Position numbers and translations under genes: made by a program
Notes under the pieces: model-generated
The model's input: only the letters and a program-made list of their open reading frames with translations
What the model was told of the DNA's origin: nothing
Database searches by the model: none
Shown here: positions 9,012 to 16,831 of the stretch, in pieces
Layout of the letters: the number at the start of each line of letters is the position of its first letter
How positions within the stretch are numbered: the stretch's first letter is position 1
DNA from: a virus
Length of the DNA stretch: 64,000 bases
Virus record (IMG/VR): IMGVR_UViG_3300042988_001343
Location: 1-64,000 of that record
Direction: 5' to 3' (one strand)

Positions 9012-9211
9012 TGAATGAGAGAATTAAAGAGCTAGCACAACAAGCATCTACTGAACTGTGTCCTATTGCAAAGTGTTATGTAGGCGAGGCATGGTATAAT
9101 AAATTTGCAGAATTAGTAGCTAGTGAATGCATCAACATTATTGAAAGTACAACATTTAATGGCTATGGTCTTTCAGTAAAGGAAATTAAAACTCGGTTCG
9201 GAGTAAAATGA
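9008..9211 (+). CDS. hypothetical protein
   Basis: 67 aa ORF, ATGA coupling. Confidence 0.45.
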   Translation: MMNERIKELAQQASTELCPIAKCYVGEAWYNKFAELVASECINIIESTTFNGYGLSVKEIKTRFGVK

Positions 9212-9314
9212 TGAGTATCAAAATGAATGTGACACTAATATTTGTTACACTTGCTACTTGGTTGACTTTCAACCAATTTATCATTGCAACTTTAACATCG
9301 AGTGTTGTAAAATA

Positions 9315-9482
9315 ATGCTCTACTACAGGGACCGTGCTTACTGCAATGCTAAATGTGCCGATGAGCATTGTTTTATCAAATTTACAGACAAAGTAAAACA
9401 AGGTGCAGAGAAATCACAGTTACCGTTATTCTTGCAAGATATGTCTATTGGTTGCAAATACTTCAAAGAAATAAAGGTATAA
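9315..9482 (+). CDS. small Cys-rich hypothetical protein
   Basis: 55 aa ORF in a region of several overlapping ORFs. Confidence 0.3.
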   Translation: MLYYRDRAYCNAKCADEHCFIKFTDKVKQGAEKSQLPLFLQDMSIGCKYFKEIKV

Positions 9483-9569
9483 TAAAATGATATATGTAAT
9501 GTATGCTCTTCTTGGTATCCTTCTAGCCCATGGAGGAATAGGTCTATTAACACAGCCAGCTCTTGTGAT

Positions 9570-9809
9570 TTGTATAACAATTGTTGTATTGTTGATAGAG
9601 CTAAAACCGTGGAAATAATTAAACTGTTCGAGTATGATGCTAATCATATTTGGTTTACTAAAATGATCTTACAACTCAGAAAGGACCATGGAGGCGAACC
9701 TGCTGATTTTCCAAAATATCTCACAAACATCGGTATCATAACTGAACAGGGTGTTGCATTTGTACCAGAAGAGTTAGCATTGTTAGCAAAAATACAGTAC
9801 ACCCGTTGA
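9570..9809 (+). CDS. hypothetical protein
   Basis: 79 aa ORF. Confidence 0.3.
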   Translation: MYNNCCIVDRAKTVEIIKLFEYDANHIWFTKMILQLRKDHGGEPADFPKYLTNIGIITEQGVAFVPEELALLAKIQYTR

Positions 9810-9865
9810 CAATTAATTCTCCATTTGTTATAATGAACTCAATCGATAAACATCTGGAGATTACC
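9806..9865 (+). promoter_or_regulatory. PeSL-like early promoter
   Basis: TTGACA 9806-9811, 17 nt, TATAAT 9829-9834, GAACTCAATCGATAAACA leader. Confidence 0.65.
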
Positions 9866-10402
9866 ATGAACAAGACCCAAATCAAAAAGGCAGTCACCCT
9901 TCTGGTCGAAGAAGGTCGCAAAATCTACCCAAAATTGGCAATGCCAACTGTAGAATTTTTTGATAAGGGAGTTGTTGCAGGTCGTGCATATTACAAAGAA
10001 CATAAGGTTTCTTTTAATCTGACTCTTGCAAAAGAAAATTCAGAAGAGTTTATCAATACAATCTGCCATGAAGTAGCTCATCTTGTTACTCGTGCAGTTT
10101 ATCCAAATGCAAAACAACATCATGGCCCGGAATTCAAACGAGTATTCCTTGCCATGGGTGGTAATGGTAAACGCTGCCACAGTTATGATGTCACTAAAGC
10201 CAAACGCACGGTTGTTCGAACCTATGTTGCATATACCTGTTCCTGCCGTGAACATCTCGTTACTCCTGCAATTCATAAGAAAATTTACATCGGTGGTCAA
10301 AAATATCGCTGTAATAAATGTTCAACTGTGATTAAAGCAGTATATGAACAGACTGCACGTGGTGTATATGTAAAGACGGTCAAGAAGTCCAATAAGGCTT
10401 AA
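9866..10402 (+). CDS. SprT-like zinc metalloprotease-domain protein with C-terminal zinc ribbon
   Basis: ICHEVAHL HExxH motif; CSCREH...CNKC zinc ribbon. Confidence 0.6.
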   Translation: MNKTQIKKAVTLLVEEGRKIYPKLAMPTVEFFDKGVVAGRAYYKEHKVSFNLTLAKENSEEFINTICHEVAHLVTRAVYPNAKQHHGPEFKRVFLAMGGNGKRCHSYDVTKAKRTVVRTYVAYTCSCREHLVTPAIHKKIYIGGQKYRCNKCSTVIKAVYEQTARGVYVKTVKKSNKA

Positions 10403-10406
10403 AGTA

Positions 10407-10460
10407 TTGACATTTAATTCTAGATGAGTTATAATTAACTCATTAATTGGGAGAACTGAA
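10407..10460 (+). promoter_or_regulatory. sigma70-type early promoter
   Basis: TTGACA 10407-10412, 17 nt, TATAAT 10430-10435. Confidence 0.6.
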
Positions 10461-10619
10461 ATGAAAGTCTATTGCGTAAAACAATACTTGCAGTATGAAT
10501 TTGACTCTGTTGTTGAAATCTTCCTGTCAGAGGAAAAGGCAAAGATTCGCTCAGATGAATTACAAAAACAAGATAAGTATGTTGAATGTTATGTAGAAGA
10601 ATTCGAGGTGCAAGAATGA
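10461..10619 (+). CDS. small hypothetical protein (52 aa)
   Basis: ORF with SD; stop overlaps next start (ATGA). Confidence 0.4.
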   Translation: MKVYCVKQYLQYEFDSVVEIFLSEEKAKIRSDELQKQDKYVECYVEEFEVQE

Positions 10620-11461
10620 TTACTCTTTTTGGTGGTAACAAAGACATTCCACTGAAATGGTGGACCTTCCCAGGAGGTGAACGCAATGTAAAAATTGAGG
10701 ATCCACTGGACATTGAACGATATCGATCATTCTCAGTAAAGTGCAATTTCACTTGTTCAGATGATTTGGTTGACATGATGTTGCTGGTTAATGCTATTCG
10801 TAATGTCAATAGAACAACCAAACTCAGACTTGTTATTCCATACTTCCCATTTGCTAGACAGGATCGAGTAATGACGAACGGTGAACCTTTTGCATTACAA
10901 GTTGTGGTATCTATGATCAAGTCGTGTAACTTTGACGAGGTAGAGACTTGGGATCCGCACAGCGATGTTCTTGCTGGTATGTTTGAAGCAGGTAATCTAT
11001 CTGTACGTCCACAGTGGGAGTTGATGCACAACTTGATTCTACAACAGAATCGTCATTCTCGGTATAATCTTGCACATTCAGCTCTTGTATCACCTGATGC
11101 TGGTGCTTTGAAAAAGATTTACAATCTTGCAAAACTGATCAATCTCCCAGTCATTGAAGCTGGTAAGAAGCGTGATGTATCAACTGGCGAGATTGTTGCA
11201 ACTACAATTAATTCACCTGGGTTGGATGAATTTGCTGTCCTCTATGTTATTGATGATATCTGCGATGGCGGTCGTACTTTTATTGAGCTTGCAAAAGCAA
11301 TTAAAGCGAAGGGGTTTAGCGGGGAACTTGTTCTCTGCGTTACACACGGAATCTTTAGCAAAGGGTTGACACCCTTAGAATGTTTTGATAAAATATACAC
11401 TGTAAACAATATTAACAACGCCGATCTGGCATGGTTTAATAAAAGGAATAAAAATGTTTAA
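10616..11461 (+). CDS. ribose-phosphate pyrophosphokinase (Prs) homolog; candidate ADPR-pyrophosphokinase (Adps-like)
   Basis: VIPYFPFARQDR Prs motif and VIDDICDGGRTF PRPP-binding motif. Confidence 0.7.
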   Translation: MITLFGGNKDIPLKWWTFPGGERNVKIEDPLDIERYRSFSVKCNFTCSDDLVDMMLLVNAIRNVNRTTKLRLVIPYFPFARQDRVMTNGEPFALQVVVSMIKSCNFDEVETWDPHSDVLAGMFEAGNLSVRPQWELMHNLILQQNRHSRYNLAHSALVSPDAGALKKIYNLAKLINLPVIEAGKKRDVSTGEIVATTINSPGLDEFAVLYVIDDICDGGRTFIELAKAIKAKGFSGELVLCVTHGIFSKGLTPLECFDKIYTVNNINNADLAWFNKRNKNV

Positions 11462-11513
11462 ACAGACTGCACTGACCTCCTGTGACTTCATCTACCTATA
11501 TTCCAGCCATTAG
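11454..11513 (+). pseudogene. duplicated, diverged 5' fragment of the nadV-like gene
   Basis: MFKQTALTSCDF... vs intact MFKQTALTSIDSYK at 12434; ~28/35 nt identical. Confidence 0.6.
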
Positions 11514-12294
11514 ACTTATAGTATAATTCATAAAGTTGTGGCATTACTCTTGATCTTGTAGATCCATTATTGATCCACACGGCAGTTTTTCTATCATAAA
11601 CTATATTGTGAATCTGTTTTAATTCATTTAATAAAATATCTTCTGGAGATAGTGGTTTCTTATTTTTGGGAATTCGTCCTTTTGATTCTGCAACTAATTC
11701 TCCTGAAATGTATCTTGGATCTTCTTTAGTTATTTGAAATTTATTGCCATTACTATCTTTTGCACAAAAATACCCTTTAGTATGACCGACATATTCACCA
11801 GATAAGTATGATGGATCATCACTATTAACTTTAAATTTATTTCCTAACTTATCTATTACTACTATTTTGCCCTTTGCTTTCTCTCCTATTTTTAATCTAC
11901 CTGATATAGGACAACCCTTTCCTCTCCTCCCAGCTGCTCTTTTGGCTACATGATCCTCTGATTGTTTTAAACCTGTTGCATCATGAAAGTAATCACCGTA
12001 TCCAGTAGATACATTTAAGAATCTTTTGTTTTTGCCTATTTTCATTCTATGTAATACTTTATGTTCCCAACTTAAAGCATCCTCTTTACATGTGAATTCC
12101 CTTCTGATTGAAATTACATCGGGCTCTCCGTGCATTTTTCTAAAGTTAGTAACATGCTTAGATGATGTAAAGTATACAGTCCATAAATCTTTTGGTGTTG
12201 TATTTTTGGCAAATCTAACTCCATAGTACCAAATGTCTAATTTTGACCATCCTATTAGATATGTAAATGGAGTATAAATATTTGTGCTGGACAT
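11488..12294 (-). CDS. GIY-YIG (Seg-like) homing endonuclease
   Basis: N-terminal GIY-YIG-like YTPFTYLIGW...YYGVRFAKN; C-terminal KDSNGNKFQ..DPRYISGEL repeats shared with ORF at 51446. Confidence 0.6.
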   Translation of the reverse strand: MSSTNIYTPFTYLIGWSKLDIWYYGVRFAKNTTPKDLWTVYFTSSKHVTNFRKMHGEPDVISIRREFTCKEDALSWEHKVLHRMKIGKNKRFLNVSTGYGDYFHDATGLKQSEDHVAKRAAGRRGKGCPISGRLKIGEKAKGKIVVIDKLGNKFKVNSDDPSYLSGEYVGHTKGYFCAKDSNGNKFQITKEDPRYISGELVAESKGRIPKNKKPLSPEDILLNELKQIHNIVYDRKTAVWINNGSTRSRVMPQLYELYYKSNGWNIGR

Positions 12295-12365
12295 AATTGG
12301 ATCCTTTCTGATTGTTGAAATGTCTAGAGCCCATGAATCTGCCAGGATTGCGATGGGCATTTCTA

Positions 12366-12433
12366 TTGACAATTAATTGCTAGTTGTCTATAATGTATTT
12401 ATGATAATTTGAATTGTGAAAAGGAAATATATT
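12366..12433 (+). promoter_or_regulatory. sigma70-type early promoter
   Basis: TTGACA 12366-12371, 17 nt, TATAAT 12389-12394. Confidence 0.6.
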
Positions 12434-13930
12434 ATGTTTAAACAGACTGCGTTAACCTCTATTGACTCTTACAAGCTTTCGCACGCCGAACAATATCCAG
12501 TTGGTATTACTAAGGTTTATTCTAACTTCACTCCTCGTTCTGAGTCTCACTTCAATGTCCCATCTGAATTTAAAGATGGTAAGATTGTTTGGTTTGGTCT
12601 ACAGATGTTCTTGCAAGAACTCAATGCAGTATGGAAAGAAACCTTTTTCGACCTTGCATTTGATGAAGTGGAAAAAGAAGCTCTAGAGTTTTATGCACCA
12701 TTTTGTGGTCCTAATGGATTCAATGTAAGTCGACTCGAAGAACTCCACAATCTCGGTTACCTTCCATTGGAAATCAAGGCCCTTCCTGAGGGAGTACGTG
12801 TACCGATTGGTGTACCGGTTCTTACCATCACCAATACTCTGCCACAATTTGCATGGTTGCCAAATTTCCTTGAGACTTGGATGTCTTGTGAACTTTGGAA
12901 ATCCTGTACCTCTGCAACTACTTCTTTCGTATATCGGAAGATTCTGAATAAGTACCAGAAACTCACTGGTGGCTTTGAAGGATTCGTGCAGTGGCAGTCA
13001 CACGATTTTTCTGTACGTGGTATGTCTGGTATCTATGATGCTGCTAAATCTGGTGCTGGTCATCTGTTGAGTTCTACCGGTACTGATAACCTACCAGCAG
13101 TAAAGTTGATCAATGACTGTTACCGTGGTAAGGAAACCTTTGTTGGCGGTTCTGTACCAGCAACTGAACACAGTGTGATGTGTGCAGGTGGTAAGGAATC
13201 AGAAGTTGAAACCTTCCGGCGACTGATTAAAACATATCCTTCTGGTGTTGTATCAATCGTATCTGATACTTGGGACTTCTGGAATGTTATTACCAACACT
13301 GCTCGTGAACTCAAAGATGAAATTCTTGCACGGGTTCCTGACCAGTTTGGTTTGGCAAAGGTTGTATTCCGGCCTGACTCAGGTGATCCTGTTAAGATTA
13401 TCTGTGGTGATCCTGAAGCTGAGGTTGGTTCTCCTGCTTTCAAAGGTGCTGTTGAATGCCTTGCTGAAATCTTTGGCACCACGACCAATGATAAAGGGTT
13501 TAAGACTCTGAATCAGCGAGTTGGTTTGATCTATGGAGACTCCATTACTCCACAACGTGCAGATGAAATCCTATATCGTCTAGCTGCAAAGGGATTTGCT
13601 TCTGATAACATCGTATTCGGTGTAGGTAGTTATACTTTCCAATACCAGACTCGTGATACTCTCGGGTTTGCAATGAAGGCAACCTATGTCGAAATTGAAG
13701 GTGTCGGACAGGCAATCTTCAAGGATCCAAAGACTGATTCTGGTACTAAGAAGTCCGCAAAGGGATTGTTGAGTGTTGGTAAGGATAACAATGATCAGTT
13801 TGTATTGGTAGATCGGTGTGAACAACATGTTGAAAAACTTGGATTCTTGCAGACTGTATACAAAGACGGTAAGATTCTTGTTAATGATTCATTTGCTGAA
13901 ATTCGTGCACGTTTGGAGACTTATCTATGA
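12434..13930 (+). CDS. nicotinamide phosphoribosyltransferase family protein (NadV/Nampt; candidate Namat)
   Basis: DSYKLSHAEQYP Nampt motif; ~500 aa. Confidence 0.75.
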   Translation: MFKQTALTSIDSYKLSHAEQYPVGITKVYSNFTPRSESHFNVPSEFKDGKIVWFGLQMFLQELNAVWKETFFDLAFDEVEKEALEFYAPFCGPNGFNVSRLEELHNLGYLPLEIKALPEGVRVPIGVPVLTITNTLPQFAWLPNFLETWMSCELWKSCTSATTSFVYRKILNKYQKLTGGFEGFVQWQSHDFSVRGMSGIYDAAKSGAGHLLSSTGTDNLPAVKLINDCYRGKETFVGGSVPATEHSVMCAGGKESEVETFRRLIKTYPSGVVSIVSDTWDFWNVITNTARELKDEILARVPDQFGLAKVVFRPDSGDPVKIICGDPEAEVGSPAFKGAVECLAEIFGTTTNDKGFKTLNQRVGLIYGDSITPQRADEILYRLAAKGFASDNIVFGVGSYTFQYQTRDTLGFAMKATYVEIEGVGQAIFKDPKTDSGTKKSAKGLLSVGKDNNDQFVLVDRCEQHVEKLGFLQTVYKDGKILVNDSFAEIRARLETYL

Positions 13931-14418
13931 AAGATGTAGAAATTGAGCGCAAGTGGCTGGTAAAAGAAAGGCCAGCCACTGATGGATTAGACAATGCTTT
14001 TATTACTCAGGGTTATGCAATTACTGCAAAGAAAGCATGTTTGAGAATTCGCACAGTTGAACAAGAAGGTAATTTTATTGGTATCATTACTGCAAAAGGT
14101 CCATCTGAAGTAGAGGGTGGAGTTTTTGAAAAAGAGATGGAAATTCCTTTGGAATTGGCCATGACTCTACTTAATGAACAATCACAAGTAATTACAAAGA
14201 CTCGGTACTATGTACCTAATCATAATAGTTACGATATTGAACTTGATGTATTTCATGGTCGATTAGCAGGACTAGTAGTTGCAGAGGTTGAATTTGATAA
14301 TCCAGAGGATTCATTAAATTTTATTCCTCCTACTTGGTTCGGTCGTGAGGTTACATCTGATAAACGATATAGTAATGCTAACCTTGTTACATTGATGGAA
14401 GTGCCGGAGGAATTATGA
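13927..14418 (+). CDS. CYTH-domain (triphosphate tunnel metalloenzyme) protein
   Basis: N-terminal EIERKWLV ExExK motif; ATGA coupling to the nadV-like gene. Confidence 0.65.
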   Translation: MKDVEIERKWLVKERPATDGLDNAFITQGYAITAKKACLRIRTVEQEGNFIGIITAKGPSEVEGGVFEKEMEIPLELAMTLLNEQSQVITKTRYYVPNHNSYDIELDVFHGRLAGLVVAEVEFDNPEDSLNFIPPTWFGREVTSDKRYSNANLVTLMEVPEEL

Positions 14419-14564
14419 TTGAAACCATGTTTGCGATTGTAATTTTCCTAATTCTACTTATGATTATATTATTTTCTTTTGGGTTGATTGGTGCAATGCT
14501 CAATACAATGTTTGATATTAACATCGGACAAACTATCAAAAATATGTTTAGGAAAGGATGTTAA

Positions 14565-15077
14565 GTGCGCAACATTTATTTGGATTTGGATGGAGTTTTT
14601 GCAGACTTTGAAGCTAAGTTTGAGGAACTGGTTGGATTTCCATACCATCAGGATCCAGAAAAGGCTTGGTCGATCCTAGATAAGGTCGACCACCTTTTCT
14701 TGCAGCTAGAACCACTACCTAGTGCCAAATTACTATTTGATCGTATCAATGACTATGCTACATGCAATGTAAAGATTCTGACAGCCCTACCTAGACTCAC
14801 TGGTAAATTGAATACAGCAGAAGCAGACAAGAAAGCATGGGTTGCAAAATATCTTTCTGATACTATCGAAGTCATCTGTACTGACGGTTGGAAACATAAA
14901 GTTGACTACTGTCGTCACGGTGACATTCTGGTTGATGATATGGAGAGAAATACAGAGGCTTGGTTCTATCATGGTGGGATTGGTATCCATCATTCAAGCA
15001 AGAGGCCTGATTTGACAATCAAGCAACTCATTGAATTAGAAGTTCTGTCAGAAGAAAAGATTGTACAATTCGGTTGA
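14565..15077 (+). CDS. 5'(3')-deoxyribonucleotidase-like HAD hydrolase (NT5C family)
   Basis: IYLDLDGVFADFE motif I near N-terminus; GTG start. Confidence 0.6.
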   Translation: MRNIYLDLDGVFADFEAKFEELVGFPYHQDPEKAWSILDKVDHLFLQLEPLPSAKLLFDRINDYATCNVKILTALPRLTGKLNTAEADKKAWVAKYLSDTIEVICTDGWKHKVDYCRHGDILVDDMERNTEAWFYHGGIGIHHSSKRPDLTIKQLIELEVLSEEKIVQFG

Positions 15078-15134
15078 CAATTAATTCTCCACTTGTTATA
15101 ATGAACTCAATCGATAAACAAGTGGAGAAACATC
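15074..15134 (+). promoter_or_regulatory. PeSL-like early promoter, perfect 12-bp inverted repeat
   Basis: TTGACA 15074-15079, TATAAT 15097-15102; tctccacttgtt/aacaagtggaga. Confidence 0.7.
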
Positions 15135-15500
15135 ATGACATACCGTGAATACACCAAGCTGGAAAATCTCCAATCCGAATATTCTGACTTCTACAAAGAA
15201 GTTTACGGTTTCAGGCCACGCTTTATGAGTGAAGAACAGTGGAATTCCGAAGAGTGGTTTGAGGCTGAACTGAAGGTTCTGGCTGAACGAGCAAAGGTTG
15301 TCTTTGCTGAAGAAGAAGCTCGGGAACAAGCTTCCATCCAGCAGTTTGAAGCTCTGGTCGCAAAGACCATTGCTGATGGTGCAAAGAATCGTGAAACCGC
15401 CCTCCGTTGGATTATGGACGGTTCAGATGCACACGATGATTGGGATTTTCTGTGTTATGATTATAACCTCCCATACGGTTACTTCAAGGTGGCAGCATGA
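15135..15500 (+). CDS. hypothetical protein
   Basis: 121 aa ORF. Confidence 0.55.
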   Translation: MTYREYTKLENLQSEYSDFYKEVYGFRPRFMSEEQWNSEEWFEAELKVLAERAKVVFAEEEAREQASIQQFEALVAKTIADGAKNRETALRWIMDGSDAHDDWDFLCYDYNLPYGYFKVAA

Positions 15501-15634
15501 GCTACGAAGAAATGTACAAAAAGTTTATTAATTGTGAAATCACTGAGGAAGAGTGGAGACAATACTGTTGGGACACGTTGAAGGTTATACTCATGGAAAA
15601 CATTGATGTATTCAAGAGACTGAAGGATCGGTGA
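15497..15634 (+). CDS. small hypothetical protein
   Basis: 45 aa ATGA-coupled ORF. Confidence 0.3.
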   Translation: MSYEEMYKKFINCEITEEEWRQYCWDTLKVILMENIDVFKRLKDR

Positions 15635-15870
15635 TGCAAAATGGAACAGTATTTAAAAAATTCTTGGATACTCTTTATTTGTTATGTAGTATTGGGGGTG
15701 CTTTACTGGTCGCTAGTAATACTGGTTATCAACTAGAAGGTTACATCCTATTCTTTATTGCAAGTGTTACTGGGTGTTTTCTACTTCTGAAGTCTGATGC
15801 ATCCAAGAGTTTATTTTGGGTATCTTTAATGTATGCAGTGATTAATGTTATTGGAATTGTGAGGGCATAA
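15631..15870 (+). CDS. membrane protein
   Basis: 79 aa, two hydrophobic segments. Confidence 0.45.
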   Translation: MMQNGTVFKKFLDTLYLLCSIGGALLVASNTGYQLEGYILFFIASVTGCFLLLKSDASKSLFWVSLMYAVINVIGIVRA

Positions 15871-16172
15871 TGCAAAATATTAAATGTTTTGAAGTATATG
15901 GGCACACTGATACTACCGAGGGTCGTGGTCCAATGAAGGTGGTTGCTCGATTTACTACTAGGAGTGAAGCTGAAAAGTATGTAACATCCGATGTATACTC
16001 TCAGTATTGTGTAATGGGTTATCAATCACCAAGGGATGTTGAACATATCAGACCTACTACGATTTTAATCCTAGATTCAATGTCTGAATTTGAGGAAATC
16101 CAGATCGAAAAGATGAAGTCAAAAGCTTTGACTAAGTTGACAGATCAGGAAAAGAAAATACTTGGATTGTAA
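15870..16172 (+). CDS. hypothetical protein
   Basis: 100 aa ORF. Confidence 0.5.
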   Translation: MQNIKCFEVYGHTDTTEGRGPMKVVARFTTRSEAEKYVTSDVYSQYCVMGYQSPRDVEHIRPTTILILDSMSEFEEIQIEKMKSKALTKLTDQEKKILGL

Positions 16173-16383
16173 TGCTATAATGAAAAGTGAAGACATTACC
16201 GTATATACATTTGTCATTTTAGCCATAGCAGGTATATTTGGTAATATGGCATATGAACAGTTGAGTATGATGACTCGAGTTCATAATTGCAATGAAGTTA
16301 TTATTGCTGCATTAAAAACTCAACAAATTCCAAAAGAAGAGTTGAATAAAATGATTGGAGTGTGTAATGGAAGGCATCGATAA
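16162..16383 (+). CDS. hypothetical protein
   Basis: 73 aa ORF. Confidence 0.4.
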   Translation: MDCNAIMKSEDITVYTFVILAIAGIFGNMAYEQLSMMTRVHNCNEVIIAALKTQQIPKEELNKMIGVCNGRHR

Positions 16384-16561
16384 AACAGTATGTATCATAA
16401 TTGCACTTTGTGTTATACCATGGGCTTTAGTTGGCATGATTGATTCTGCTAACCAATCAAATCTTAAGATTGAGTGCTATAGAGCTGCAGCTGAATTGGC
16501 AAAAATTGCTCAAAGTAAAAATCTAGAAATAGAAAAATTCACAATAAAATGTGATAAGTGA
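16355..16561 (+). CDS. hypothetical membrane protein
   Basis: 68 aa ORF. Confidence 0.4.
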   Translation: MECVMEGIDKTVCIIIALCVIPWALVGMIDSANQSNLKIECYRAAAELAKIAQSKNLEIEKFTIKCDK

Positions 16562-16567
16562 GGAATT

Positions 16568-16801
16568 ATGTTAAGAGGTAATCTATACACTACCGTTCCT
16601 GATGTACCAGGAATTTATATCTGTGCACACAAAGAAACTGGTGTTTATAAAATTGTGTGTCTATCCGAATCTGGTGAGTTTAAACCAACACTAACTCCAA
16701 CTGATTACTTGTGGTCAGAAAATATTGACCTTAAAGATCAGCTTGGTTATGTTACTCTTTCTAAAGCATACAAGAATACCTTAGAAGTTTTATCTGTTTA
16801 A
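16568..16801 (+). CDS. hypothetical protein
   Basis: 77 aa ORF. Confidence 0.45.
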   Translation: MLRGNLYTTVPDVPGIYICAHKETGVYKIVCLSESGEFKPTLTPTDYLWSENIDLKDQLGYVTLSKAYKNTLEVLSV

Positions 16802-16831
16802 TATTGATTCATTACAGCAAAGGAAATAAAC

